Source of the DNA: an uncultured Acidobacteriaceae bacterium
Lineage (GTDB): Bacteria > Acidobacteriota > Terriglobia > Bryobacterales > Bryobacteraceae
Direction: 5' to 3'
Assembly: GCA_963730775.1 (NCBI GenBank)
Contig: CAVSTI010000029.1
Location: forward strand, 583,265 to 647,264
Length of the DNA stretch: 64,000 bases
The notes beneath the pieces were generated by a model. It was not told the origin of the DNA and made no database searches. It was given only the letters and a program-made list of their open reading frames with translations. The position numbers and the translations under genes were made by a program. Below are positions 40,196-50,618 of this stretch, piece after piece; the stretch's first letter is position 1; each line of letters opens with the position of its first letter.

Positions 40196-42276
40196 TCAGG
40201 AGACTTGCCAATACACGGAGTAACGCCGGTCAAACAGGCTGTTCAGCGGCACGAGTGTTACATCCTTCTCTTGCCCGGTTGTTCGAAACGTTAGCGGCTT
40301 GTCCGCAGGCTTGATCCAGGAAGCGGGATCCGCGCTTGCGGCGCGAAAGGTCGGTATTGCAAGTTCCGGAACCGGCGGCGCGTGGTTGGTAGCGTCGAGC
40401 GCAGACCCGGACTGTTCGACATTGGGCGCGCCCACCCGCAGATTTGGACCGATGATATGAGCTTCCGTCAGGCCGCCCGCGCCGAGATCGCCGGCAAGCA
40501 CCAGAGGGCCGTATAAGAAGGCTTGGATCTGGGGATCGTCCGGCATGGTCTCGCATATGCAAGTGCATGGGCAACTGCATTTCGTACTTTGTCTCCGGCC
40601 TTCCACTCTCGCGTGATCGTGAGATAGCTGCCCGGGGCGGCGGAAGCATTCAGTGCTTTTCCGTTGAGCCGAACGATCGGAGATTTTCGGAGCCATCCCG
40701 GAATCCGTAAGCGCATCGACAGAGCATCCGGACGCGCAGACACAACTGTGAACGCAACGTGTTCGCTTTCCGGATAACTGGTTTCCTGTTTGAGCCTGAA
40801 GCCCCTCTCCGCCCAGTTCAGTTCGGAAGGAATGAACAAGTTGACGTAGACGCCTTCACCGTCTTTCCAGTAGATACTGTCGTTCAGCTTTGAGTATTCT
40901 TCAACACCCGAACCGGTGCAGCACCAGAACGTTTTGTCTTCCGTGTTGAAGGTCTTCCAAACGCCCGGCGTCAGCGACAGATAATATTGCGTCAATCCTT
41001 CTTTAGGACGGATTGTGCCGATGCGGTGATTCAGCAACAAGTGTTCGTAGTAATCGAAATACGCCGGCTGCGGGTTCCAGGCGTAGAGATGCCGCGCAAG
41101 CTTCAGCATGTTATACGCGCAACAGCATTCGGCCGTATTGACGCTCAGTTTCCATTCGGCAGCCAACCGGTTCGGCGGCGCAAGCCAGGCTTCCGCATTG
41201 CTCGTGCCTCCGGTGACGTAGGTCCGTGCGGTAGTGACTTCATAGAAGAAATAATCGGCGACGTCCCCAAATCGTTTATCGCCCGAGATTTCATACCGTC
41301 GCGCTGCGGCGATCACCTGGGGGATGTGAGTATTGACATGCAGTCCCCGCAGTTCGTCACGTCTCGATGCTAACGGGTTGATGAAGCTCTTCTTCTGAAA
41401 CCGATCCCCGACGATTGCCCACCGATCGTTGCCAGTCACCGCCGCGAGATTGTAGAGCGTCTCTGCCATTCCGCCGAATTCAATGGTGAGGATCTGCTGC
41501 ATGTGTTCCTCCGGCTTCGACGCGGTCCATTCGTCGGCCCAGGCAGACATGCCTTCCAACACCTGAAGAGCTTGCTTGTTGCCGCCGAGCTGGTGCATGT
41601 CCAACAAGCCGGCCATGATCTTATGGATCGTATAGAACGGGGCCCAGACACGCTCGCCTTTATCGAGCCGATCCCACCAGGTCGTCGGGAACGCGCTCAA
41701 GTACTGGCCACCGAGCTTCGCCTGGCACTTCGCCAGCTCGGCAACCATGTAGTCTCCCTTTGTTTTCGCTTCGGAGTCTCCAGATGCCGTGTATTGGGCC
41801 AATGCGGATAAGTAGTGTCCGACGAAGTGGCCGCGCAGTTCGCTCGAGCGTTGACCGTTGTCGGGCTGTTCCCACCCGCCGAGTGGCTGTGCCGAACCAA
41901 CCGGCAGGCCTGCGTTCTGCCGAAACGTGTACAGCAGTCGATCTGCGGCGAGGCGCGACATATAACCGCGGTTCCATTCTTGCGCCTCATAGAAAACGCT
42001 GCCGGGGGACAAGCGCACCTGCGCCATTGGAAACGGCTCAGCCCTTAGCGCAACGTTCTTGCGCGAGAAGCGTAGTGGGCCTTCAAACGGCGGCGTATCC
42101 GGGGCAAGAGGTCGCCGGAAATTGCCGGGGCCTGCCTGCCGATTCGGAATTGGGCTTGTACCCGCCTGGTGCTGAGCGTCTTCTTGCGCCAATATTGCGG
42201 GAGCAGTGCCGGTGGCGGCTATGATCGCGCCGAAGTTTCTTCGACTGATTGCGGTTTTCCCTTTCGCGTGGCTCAT
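40196..42276 (-). pseudogene. Glycoside hydrolase family 127 (beta-L-arabinofuranosidase, DUF1680) with Tat-type leader; two +1 frame breaks about 30 nt apart (about 40586 and 40552)
   Basis: The leader is MSHAKGKTAISRRNFGAIIAATGTAPAILAQ. The segments FYEAQEWNRGYM, GHFVGHYLSALA, TIHKIMAGLLD and NTAECCCAYNMLKL...FWCCTGSG are GH127-like. Reading ...REWKAGDKV then EMQLPMHLHM then ETMPDDPQIQAFLYGPLVLAG... requires three frames. Confidence 0.8.
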
Positions 42277-42285
42277 GAGTATGTC

Positions 42286-44832
42286 CTACGTACTTTGCGG
42301 AACGACGAAATACGGCTGGTTGCCGCGCTTCAGGTCTAGTCCTGGAAAGAGCGAGGCGGTTTCTTCGGGCCCGTGCAGTTCGACGTAATACTGCAGCGCG
42401 AACTCGGTTTTGGTGTAGTCGGCAGGGATCGTTCCATCCAGGCTTGTACCGCTTGACGCCATGTCAATGACGTTCCATCGCTCGCCATGGTTCACGTGGC
42501 GATAATGAAGCCGGGCGGAGGTCACCTTCCCGGAGGAAGGCACAGCGAACGAAACCTTCAGAGGAGCCCCCACTTGAAACGAAGGACTCGCGCGATGACG
42601 GAGAGCAACGGTCTCACGCGTTGGACGTCCGACAATCTTAGCGATGAGGGCGCTTGCGTCCGACTTTTTCTCGGGGGCGGAAGTCTCCGATTTCAGCTTT
42701 TCCATTGCGGCAAGGTCCACATCGATTCCTGGCAATCGATCCTTCCAATGACCGCGGCGCACCGGCATGTCCCCAAATGTAAGATCAGCGCGATACACCT
42801 TACTTGCCCGTTCTGCCATACTCGCCCAAGCTGTGCGCGCTTTCCGGTAATACTCGATCGCATGGTCTAGCGCTGCCGGGTCGCCTGTCTGGCGATAAAT
42901 GTCAAACAGCGCTGCGCTGCGTATTTGTGCGGCGAAGAATCGACCTAGTCCGATTTCGATGAGAACGTCTTCCTGTACCCGCCGGAAATCGACCGAGTTC
43001 GCGCGGCCAGTGGCAGAAGCGAGAGCCTTGTCGGCTGAATCGGTCATCTCCTCGAACCATTGGGCGACTTCAATCGGTGAGTATTTGCCGGAGTGCTTAC
43101 CGCTTACTAACTCCGCTGTGTGCTCTTCTACCGTGGAGAAGAGCTGCGGATCAAGCGGAATAACCGTACCGAGCCGCTTGGGGACGGCTGTGTCGTTGTA
43201 CGGTGATCGCTCGCTCCCTTCCACGATCGGCATGTTGGTATAGACTTCCGGCCAGCAGCCCAGATTGGACGCCGATGGAATGCGAGCAGTAGTAAACAAG
43301 GGCAGGACGCGGCTTCCACTTGCAACCGCTTCCTCTACGGCCGGGGCAGCCTCGCCATAGCTCGCGCGCAAGTAACGCCGCCAGCCATCCGGTGACGTTT
43401 GTGGATTGTAGAGCAGACGTCCCCAGACTCTATAGGTGTATCGGTACTTCTCGAAATCGAGCTTCGGGTTCAAGGATTCGTCAAGGTAACCGCAGCGGCC
43501 ACCCGGCAATCCCGAGCCTTGGCGGCCCTTGAAAAACAACGGCTCACAGATCTCGATTCCCTTGGCACCCATGAAGCTGGAAGCACGGCCGTAGGCGGCA
43601 GCAAGGGCCGGGTCGCCCCAAAGCAGTAGGCGCTGCGTGCCAGCCCAAATGCGAAACGTGACATCATACCGGCGGTCCTTGGTAAACAAGTCGCCGTAAC
43701 CGTAGCGTAAGAAGCTGCGCGAACCGTTGCTGAGCTTGAACGTGGCATCTGCATTCTTCGTCGGCTTGGGCATCTCGAGTTCGCGGATACCAGCCTGGTG
43801 ATAGCCGAGGCCCATGTGCTCTGCCCAATACTTGGGAGAGATGTTCACCGGCAACCGGGTGTCGATCGCCATCGCTACCATTTCGGGATCGAGACCCTTC
43901 GCATGCATATCGAGCTCGATGGGCCGGCCCGCCGAAACGATTCCCGCGAACACCTCTTTCCAAAACGGAAGACTCCCTTCCGGAATTCCGCTTTCTCCGT
44001 GCACGCGCATGGTGACGCCCTGAATGGCGGGACACGTTTTCAAGAGCAGCGCCATCGCGTCGCGGCAATACGCGGCGTGAGTTTCGGGCGTCAATCCTTC
44101 AATGTGGTGGTGCGCGCGCGGACTATCGGTCCATTCATACGCATGCGTCCAGATTGCGATCTGGAACAACAAGCCTCGCGCGGCAGTTTCTTCAGCGATG
44201 AATTTCAGTGCTTCCAGATTGCGCTCGCGTTCCCCCGCGGCGAAAGGAACGGGGCGTACGTCGTAACCGGGAACCTCCAGGAGATAAGGATAGGGGAAAT
44301 GGAAATAGTCGCCGGTTACGTTTCGCGGAAAATCGTATCCCCAACCAAAGTTCAGGCTGAAGCGGTTGAATCGATTCGCGGCAAGCGTGGTGAGATACTC
44401 GCGCCAGAAATCTTTGTCGTAATACCAGGCCTTGTCCTCCACCTCGCTGACGAAGGCGCGAGCGATACTGCGGATGCGATTGGCCGGTTGCTCTTCAATC
44501 GGCGCGGACAATGTAAGCGCGGCGATCGCGTCGTTGCCATATTGAACGCGGTCCGCGAGCTCCAACAGTCCATAGACAAATCCGCGATCGTCTGATGCCG
44601 AAACGGTGACACCGGATGGGCGAGGCGCCAGCCGAAAAGCCTCCGTGACGAGCGATGGCTTTGCTTTTTTGACGGAAACGACGAAAGCGCCTTTGCCCGT
44701 TCCTGTGGAAACACCTTTCGCTTTCAGCGCTTCTTCGAGGTACCCGGTGGCCCACTGCACAGGTCGTCCCGTGACATCGCTCTCAACGCGTACCGATACG
44801 GGTTGCGGGCTCGCAGACATCTGATTGCTCAA
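42286..44832 (-). CDS. Large uncharacterised protein, probable glycosidase (GH20b/GH67-N-like N-terminal domain followed by TIM-barrel-like region)
   Basis: An intact 848-aa ORF ends 10 nt upstream of the GH127 gene. DDRGFVYGLLELADRV resembles the N-terminal domains of GH67/GH115/GH20-type enzymes. I see no signal peptide. The functional call is weak. Confidence 0.4.
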   Translation of the reverse strand: MSNQMSASPQPVSVRVESDVTGRPVQWATGYLEEALKAKGVSTGTGKGAFVVSVKKAKPSLVTEAFRLAPRPSGVTVSASDDRGFVYGLLELADRVQYGNDAIAALTLSAPIEEQPANRIRSIARAFVSEVEDKAWYYDKDFWREYLTTLAANRFNRFSLNFGWGYDFPRNVTGDYFHFPYPYLLEVPGYDVRPVPFAAGERERNLEALKFIAEETAARGLLFQIAIWTHAYEWTDSPRAHHHIEGLTPETHAAYCRDAMALLLKTCPAIQGVTMRVHGESGIPEGSLPFWKEVFAGIVSAGRPIELDMHAKGLDPEMVAMAIDTRLPVNISPKYWAEHMGLGYHQAGIRELEMPKPTKNADATFKLSNGSRSFLRYGYGDLFTKDRRYDVTFRIWAGTQRLLLWGDPALAAAYGRASSFMGAKGIEICEPLFFKGRQGSGLPGGRCGYLDESLNPKLDFEKYRYTYRVWGRLLYNPQTSPDGWRRYLRASYGEAAPAVEEAVASGSRVLPLFTTARIPSASNLGCWPEVYTNMPIVEGSERSPYNDTAVPKRLGTVIPLDPQLFSTVEEHTAELVSGKHSGKYSPIEVAQWFEEMTDSADKALASATGRANSVDFRRVQEDVLIEIGLGRFFAAQIRSAALFDIYRQTGDPAALDHAIEYYRKARTAWASMAERASKVYRADLTFGDMPVRRGHWKDRLPGIDVDLAAMEKLKSETSAPEKKSDASALIAKIVGRPTRETVALRHRASPSFQVGAPLKVSFAVPSSGKVTSARLHYRHVNHGERWNVIDMASSGTSLDGTIPADYTKTEFALQYYVELHGPEETASLFPGLDLKRGNQPYFVVPQST

Positions 44833-44976
44833 GCAGCCCGAGAGCTCCCAACCCTGTCGACTTTCTGACGAAATCGCGTCGTGTCTCTGCCATGGTTTAT
44901 TGGAAGACTATCTTATCGCCAGTTCCACCCTGTGGGAATGGCGCTGCATTCCCTCCGCTCGCGCTACAATCGCGCC

Positions 44977-45153
44977 ATGTTGCCCATACATCCGGAAGGA
45001 GAGGACACGCAAGCTGATCCCGTAGGCACGCTCACCTGCCCCAATTGCAGCAAGCGAATCTCGTTCCCGGAACTGGCGAATGTTGATGTGTTTGTGTGCC
45101 CGGAGTGCGGCCATCGCATTCGCATGCCTCATAAATTGGAGTTGAGGCCCTAG
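44977..45153 (+). CDS. Small zinc-ribbon protein (58 aa)
   Basis: The ATG at 44977 gives MLPIHPEGEDTQADPVGTLTCPNCSKRISFPELANVDVFVCPECGHRIRMP..., with two CPxC pairs. It ends 14 nt before the DUF2339 gene. Confidence 0.5.
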   Translation: MLPIHPEGEDTQADPVGTLTCPNCSKRISFPELANVDVFVCPECGHRIRMPHKLELRP

Positions 45154-45167
45154 CCGCTGAGAGTCGC

Positions 45168-47273
45168 ATGACAGAGGAACGGTTCCAGGCCCTGAACGAT
45201 GCCGTCCAGGAGATACTGCGGCGGCAGACGAACCTCGACGAGCGGCTCGCACGCCTGGAAGCGGCGTCCCATACTCCGGCAGCAGTTGCATCTTTTGTTC
45301 CAGCGTCGCCAACGATAGAACCTCCGCGTCCGATTCCCCCGGTCGCGCCGAAACCAGTGGCCGCGCCCACTCCGGCGCGACCTGAACCGGAAGCCAGAGC
45401 CGAACGTCCCCCGATTGAAAGCAAAGTTGGCCTAACGCTGGTAAACCGGATCGGCGTTATCACTCTGGTTCTCGGCGTCGCGTTCTTTTTCAAATGGGCC
45501 GTCGACAACGAATGGATTGGTCCGACAGGTCGTGTACTCCTTGGATTGCTTGCCGGATGCCTCACGCTGGCGGCGGCTGACGTTCTGTTCCGCAAAGCGC
45601 AGAAGACGTTTGCCCAGGGAATTGCCGGCGCTGGTCTCGCGATTCTCTATCTCGCGGCTTATGCGGCGTTCGGGTTTTACCACCTGGTTCCGCAAGCGGT
45701 TGCGTTCGCGTTTCTTCTCAGTGCGACGGCTTTGGGCTTTGCCCTGTCGCTTCGTTACGATTCGGCCGCGATTGCGGCGTTAGGCCTCCTGGGCGGGTAC
45801 CTGACGCCGTTGTTGCTCAGTACAGGCGAAGATCATCCGTGGTTTCTGTTGTCGTACGTGCTGCTTCTGGACGTTGCAGCGATGGCGCTGCGGCAGCGGA
45901 AGGGCTGGCGCGTATTAGAGGTCCTCTCATTCACGGCGACAACGATCATCTACTTTGCATGGTTTCTCCAGCACGAAGCAGATCATCGTAAGACTGCGGT
46001 CGCGACCCTGGGGGCGTTTGCATACTACGCTTTGTTCGCATACGCAGGAACGGGCGTGGTGGCCGGTCTTAGCAACCTCTTCGGATCGCTAGAGATTGCC
46101 ATGGTATGGCCGAATGCCGCCGGCCCTTTCTTCGCGTTCGAGCTGCTTATCGCCGGATCCGGAATCTTCGTTGCCCGGTCGCGGCGAATGCTGATCGTGC
46201 TGACGTTCGCATTTGCGGCATTTTGGATCTGCGCAGGCTTCTTCTCGGTGGGTGGTTCAGAAGTCAACATAGGCGGAAGGTTCGTCGGGATTTCACTGGG
46301 CTTCCTTCTGTTCTTCTCACTGGCGGCTTTCCATGAGGACCTCCGGCAGGCTTCAAAAGGAGGAGCACCGCCAACCGCGCTTGCCGTGCTGGCGGCAAAC
46401 GGATCCGTGTATTTCGGAATCGCATACGCTCTTTTGCGAGCGAATTACCACCAATGGCTTGGGCTGATCGCAGTCTGTGTGGCCGCAACATATCTTGCCT
46501 TAGCCGCGCTCACTCGCAAGACGCTATCACTTCGGGAAGGTAGCGACCTCAGGCCCTTGCTGCTTCAGATCGGCATGGCAGTGACGTTCATCACGCTGGC
46601 CATACCCATCCAATTGACTGGTTTCCGCATCACGATCGGTTGGGCGCTTCAAGCTGCAGCTCTTACCTGGCTTGGAGCTAAGTTCAGATCGCCACGTGCC
46701 TACCTGGGCGGGGCGGTCGTCTTTGCGCTGGTTGCAGTGCGCCTTGCCACGCTGGACGCCTGGCTATACTCGTTCACTTCGAGCGCGCCAAGCGCGTTTT
46801 TCAACGCACGGTTCTTCGCGTTTACGGTTTCGGCGGCGTGCGCGTTTGTTGCCGCAAAGTGGGCTGCTGGCGCAAACAGCAGACTGGCGGTTTCCGAATA
46901 CCTCGGCGGACACGTCGCACTGCTAGCCGGGCTTACGCTCGAGGTAACGATGTGGGTAGCCAGGAATGCTGAGGCTTCGAACCGCATCAGTGCGGAGACG
47001 TTTTCTGTATCTCTTCTTTATGGTGTCTACGCAGTCGTTCTGGTGAGCATCGGTGTGACGACGCGAACGGCAGTTAACCGCATCAGCGGTTTGGTGCTGA
47101 TCGGATTCGTGATCGTGAAGCTGTACTTGTTTGATGTGTGGCAACTGGACCGGGTCTATCGGATTGCTGCATTCGTTGCGCTTGGAATTCTTCTGATCAG
47201 TACATCGTTTCTGTATTCGCGGTACCGGCACGTGCTCGAGGCATTACTTCGCAACGATGAGACGCCAGCTTAG
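45168..47273 (+). CDS. DUF2339-family polytopic membrane protein
   Basis: N-terminal coiled coil (LDERLARLEAA), then a Pro-rich linker. Next comes IESKVGLTLVNRIGVITLVLGVAFFFKWAVDNEWIGPTGRVLLGLLAG, followed by about 20 hydrophobic segments. This is the characteristic DUF2339 layout. Confidence 0.85.
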   Translation: MTEERFQALNDAVQEILRRQTNLDERLARLEAASHTPAAVASFVPASPTIEPPRPIPPVAPKPVAAPTPARPEPEARAERPPIESKVGLTLVNRIGVITLVLGVAFFFKWAVDNEWIGPTGRVLLGLLAGCLTLAAADVLFRKAQKTFAQGIAGAGLAILYLAAYAAFGFYHLVPQAVAFAFLLSATALGFALSLRYDSAAIAALGLLGGYLTPLLLSTGEDHPWFLLSYVLLLDVAAMALRQRKGWRVLEVLSFTATTIIYFAWFLQHEADHRKTAVATLGAFAYYALFAYAGTGVVAGLSNLFGSLEIAMVWPNAAGPFFAFELLIAGSGIFVARSRRMLIVLTFAFAAFWICAGFFSVGGSEVNIGGRFVGISLGFLLFFSLAAFHEDLRQASKGGAPPTALAVLAANGSVYFGIAYALLRANYHQWLGLIAVCVAATYLALAALTRKTLSLREGSDLRPLLLQIGMAVTFITLAIPIQLTGFRITIGWALQAAALTWLGAKFRSPRAYLGGAVVFALVAVRLATLDAWLYSFTSSAPSAFFNARFFAFTVSAACAFVAAKWAAGANSRLAVSEYLGGHVALLAGLTLEVTMWVARNAEASNRISAETFSVSLLYGVYAVVLVSIGVTTRTAVNRISGLVLIGFVIVKLYLFDVWQLDRVYRIAAFVALGILLISTSFLYSRYRHVLEALLRNDETPA

Positions 47274-48480
47274 CGGAGCTTTGTTGCTGTCGGGCGCGCT
47301 CTACGCCGCCTTCAATCCAAGTTCCTGGACCTTCCGGCGACAGGTGACGATTGCGCAAGGTCCTTTCGACACGCTTTCCCTGGACGCGAGTGTTTACCGC
47401 AGTTCGGAGGCGCAACTCAACGATCTACGCCTGGTCCGCTCGGGAGCTGATGTTCCGTATGTTTTGCGAAAGTTGGCCGGTGGCAGAGAAGAAACGACAT
47501 ACACGCCATCGATCACAGACCGGGCGGCAATACCTGGCCGGGGCGTTCAAGCCATCCTGGATATCGGCGGCCACAGTCCCCACAACTGGATCAAGATCGT
47601 TACGGACAAGGCTAACTTCCGACAGCGCGTTCAGATCGAAGGCAGCGATGATCGCAGGCACTGGGCATTGCTGCGCGGGGACGGCACAATCTTTGACGTC
47701 TCGACTCGGGAGCAGCATGCTGAGAACCTGTCCGTTTCCTATCCCGATTCCACGCGCCGTTATCTTCGGGTGACGGTTAGTGGATGGAATGATCCGGACG
47801 CACTGCGATCGGTATCGATGAGCTTCGTCCGGGAAAGTCCCGCCGAGCGGGAGACGGTCGCGGACCAGCCGGCGCACGCCACTCTGGACAGCCAGACTCG
47901 CTCTACGCTAGTTGAACTCGATCTCGGATTTGAACGCCCCTTCGACCGCCTCTGGTTGGACGTGGGCCCAGGGCTGTTCTCCCGTGCGGTCACAGTGTCG
48001 GTCAGCCGAGACAGAAAGAACTGGTCTGTCTCGGGATTCGGGAACGTTGAGCGCACGAGCAACCGGGAAGATCTGTTCGTGAGTCTGCCTGAGGCATGGT
48101 CGCGTTACGTTCGAGTGGCGGTAAGCAACGAGGACAATCCGCCTCTGAGCTTCAGGCGCGTTCGAGCAGAAGCCATCAGGAGAGAGTTGATCTTCCCGGC
48201 AGATCAGCCTGGTGCGTATTGGCTTTACTCCGGGAATTCAAAAGCAGAGCCGGTTCACTACGATCTTCAAACGGTTCTCCCCAGCCAAGTTCACGCTGCC
48301 GCTGCGAGTTTGGGACCGGTTGAGAAGAATCCCAATTACCAGGCGCCGAGGCAGCCGGTTACAGAAAGATCGCCGTGGCTATTGCCGACAGTGCTGCTGG
48401 TGCTGGTTCCGGCGCTGGGTGCGATTGCTTTCAGGATGTTGCGGCAGGTAAACAGCTCGTCCATAGATAGATGTGATTAG
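47257..48480 (+). CDS. DUF3999-like protein (signal peptide, beta-rich ectodomains, C-terminal TM anchor)
   Basis: It overlaps the DUF2339 gene by 17 nt. N-terminal leader MRRQLSGALLLSGALYAA and C-terminal anchor WLLPTVLLVLVPALGAIAF. The family assignment rests on resemblance and on my recollection that DUF2339 and DUF3999 genes are often paired. Confidence 0.55.
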   Translation: MRRQLSGALLLSGALYAAFNPSSWTFRRQVTIAQGPFDTLSLDASVYRSSEAQLNDLRLVRSGADVPYVLRKLAGGREETTYTPSITDRAAIPGRGVQAILDIGGHSPHNWIKIVTDKANFRQRVQIEGSDDRRHWALLRGDGTIFDVSTREQHAENLSVSYPDSTRRYLRVTVSGWNDPDALRSVSMSFVRESPAERETVADQPAHATLDSQTRSTLVELDLGFERPFDRLWLDVGPGLFSRAVTVSVSRDRKNWSVSGFGNVERTSNREDLFVSLPEAWSRYVRVAVSNEDNPPLSFRRVRAEAIRRELIFPADQPGAYWLYSGNSKAEPVHYDLQTVLPSQVHAAAASLGPVEKNPNYQAPRQPVTERSPWLLPTVLLVLVPALGAIAFRMLRQVNSSSIDRCD

Positions 48481-48483
48481 CCC

Positions 48484-49542
48484 CTATTGCCACGGTTTGG
48501 AACGCGCAACCGAGATGCCCCTCACCTGATTGGGCCACTTCCCCGAGACAGCGCAATAGAAGTGATACAGAGCGCCGTCGTGCCAGATGATTCCCGGCTT
48601 ATGCGCATAGGTCTCGTCAACGCTGCCCGGCGGTCCGACGTCGATCAGGATTTCGTCGAGCTTACGTGGTTGGAACAGATCGCCAGCGGCCACCAGATCT
48701 CGCGCTTTTCCTTTTGCGTCCAGGCCGTAATAGAAAAACACCCACGTCGCTCCATCACTGAGGACGCACGGATCACTCGCAAACCGCTCGTCCCATGATC
48801 CTGCGGGCCCGTTCGGAATGATTGGATTGTTCTCGTATCGTGTCCAACTCTTCAGGTCTTTGGACGACGCGACACCCGTTTGTTCGCGCCAACCCTTCAC
48901 GGCATCCGTTTTTGCGTTATAGAACAGGCGAAACGTGTCGCCGATTTTCAAGAGGCACGGCTTGTACAGACCACCTCTCTCCCACGCGGCACCGTCAGCG
49001 GGACGTAGGCAGGGCGGATCGGAAGTCCAATGCAGCAGGTCGTCGCTCCAGCACAACCCGATGACAGCCGGCCCAGCTTCATATCCGGAATTGGGATAGG
49101 CGTGATACACACCCAGGAAGCGTCCGTGGACACGCAACAGTTCGCCGGGCTGGTGCAGCCCATTCTGTCGAACGATCCAGTTCATGGCCACGTTGTAGCG
49201 CGTCACCTCGGAAGTCGGGTCGCGCTTCAAGATGCAGCCCAACCGCTTCCAGTTGATGAGATCGGTGCTCGCGGCGAGACCCGTCTGATAGCCGACGCCA
49301 TCCCATCCGACATAGGTCATGTAGAACTTGCCGGCATGCCGAAACAGGAACGGACAATCGACGGAGCGGCTGTCGAATTCTCCGCTTGCTCCGGAGGGTC
49401 CAAGCACCAGTTTGCCGAGTTTGTAAGGAGTCCGGTATCGGGTGATTGCCGGCTCGCTTTTCGCGTTGGATGCGAAGAGGCCGGACGCCGCCGTGGCGAG
49501 ACTACCTTTCGAAGCGAGTTCGAGCAAGTCACGGCGACGCAT
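48484..49542 (-). CDS. Five-bladed beta-propeller glycosidase/glycoside phosphorylase-like protein (GH130/GH43-like) with Tat-type leader
   Basis: The leader is MRRRDLLELASKGSLATAASGLFA. FDSRSVDCPFLFRHAGKFYMTYVGWDGVGYQTGLAASTDLINWKRLG and later FYNAKTD...GVASSKDLKSW repeats are typical of this propeller clan. Confidence 0.6.
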   Translation of the reverse strand: MRRRDLLELASKGSLATAASGLFASNAKSEPAITRYRTPYKLGKLVLGPSGASGEFDSRSVDCPFLFRHAGKFYMTYVGWDGVGYQTGLAASTDLINWKRLGCILKRDPTSEVTRYNVAMNWIVRQNGLHQPGELLRVHGRFLGVYHAYPNSGYEAGPAVIGLCWSDDLLHWTSDPPCLRPADGAAWERGGLYKPCLLKIGDTFRLFYNAKTDAVKGWREQTGVASSKDLKSWTRYENNPIIPNGPAGSWDERFASDPCVLSDGATWVFFYYGLDAKGKARDLVAAGDLFQPRKLDEILIDVGPPGSVDETYAHKPGIIWHDGALYHFYCAVSGKWPNQVRGISVARSKPWQ

Positions 49543-49565
49543 GAGGCAAAAAGACCTTTACCGGC

Positions 49566-50618
49566 TTAAGACTTGCGGCAGAGTTCCCGCAACTGTTCCG
49601 TAAATGGTGCGCGCGCTACGCCCCGTTCGGTGATGATCGCCGACACGTAGCGATTCGGAGTGACATCGAAGGCCGGATTGGCAACTTTGATTCCTTCCGG
49701 CGCGATGGATAGACCGGCGATGTGGGTCACTTCTTTTGCGGCACGCTCTTCGATCGGGATCTTATCGCCGGTTTCAAGCGTCAAGTCCAGGGTAGAGATC
49801 GGTGCCGCGACATAGAACGGAACGTTGTTTTCTTTGGCCAAAACAGCCACGCCGTAAGTACCGACTTTATTCGCGACGTCGCCATTCGCAGCGATTCGGT
49901 CGGCTCCCACAACGACACACCCGATGCGACCGCTTTTCAGGAAATGCCCGGCCATGTTGTCGGTGATCAGGGTCGTTTCGATGCCGTCGCGCTGCAACTC
50001 CCAGGCAGTGAGCCGCGCGCCTTGCAGGAAAGGACGCGTTTCGTCCGCAAAGACGTCGATCTTCTTGCCTTGCTGTACCGCTGCGCGAATTACGCCGAGC
50101 GCGGTGCCGAATCCAGCCGTGGCCAGAGCACCAGCGTTGCAATGAGTCAGAACCGTTTTGCCGTCGGGCACCAAAGGCGCGCCGAAGCTTCCAATTTTCT
50201 CGTTGATCGCCAGGTCTTCATCGCGGACCCGCTGCGCTTCAAGCACCATGCGCTCGCGAATGGCTGCCGGCTCAGAACCACGCACGGAGGCGTAGACCGC
50301 TTTCATACGATCGATGGCCCAGAACAGATTGACCGCAGTGGGCCGGGTTTGGGCCAGCGTTTCGCAGATGACCGGCATTTCAGCCTCAAGATCGGTTGCA
50401 TGCAGCGCACCGAGCGCGACTCCCATTGCCGCAGCGACACCGATCGCAGGAGCGCCGCGAATCACCATACTTCGGATTGCATCGGCGACGTCGTTATAAG
50501 TGGCACAAGTGACGAATGTGACCTCGCGCGGGAGCTTTGTCTGATCGATCATGATGACGCCTTCGGGCGTCCATTCGATCGTCTCTACCTTGTTCTGAAT
50601 CAGGACAGTGGAACTCAT
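49566..50618 (-). CDS. mtnA: S-methyl-5-thioribose-1-phosphate isomerase
   Basis: [53 protein letters not shown]...[10 protein letters not shown]...[20 protein letters not shown] is the MtnA/eIF2B-like signature. Confidence 0.9.
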   Translation of the reverse strand: MSSTVLIQNKVETIEWTPEGVIMIDQTKLPREVTFVTCATYNDVADAIRSMVIRGAPAIGVAAAMGVALGALHATDLEAEMPVICETLAQTRPTAVNLFWAIDRMKAVYASVRGSEPAAIRERMVLEAQRVRDEDLAINEKIGSFGAPLVPDGKTVLTHCNAGALATAGFGTALGVIRAAVQQGKKIDVFADETRPFLQGARLTAWELQRDGIETTLITDNMAGHFLKSGRIGCVVVGADRIAANGDVANKVGTYGVAVLAKENNVPFYVAAPISTLDLTLETGDKIPIEERAAKEVTHIAGLSIAPEGIKVANPAFDVTPNRYVSAIITERGVARAPFTEQLRELCRKS

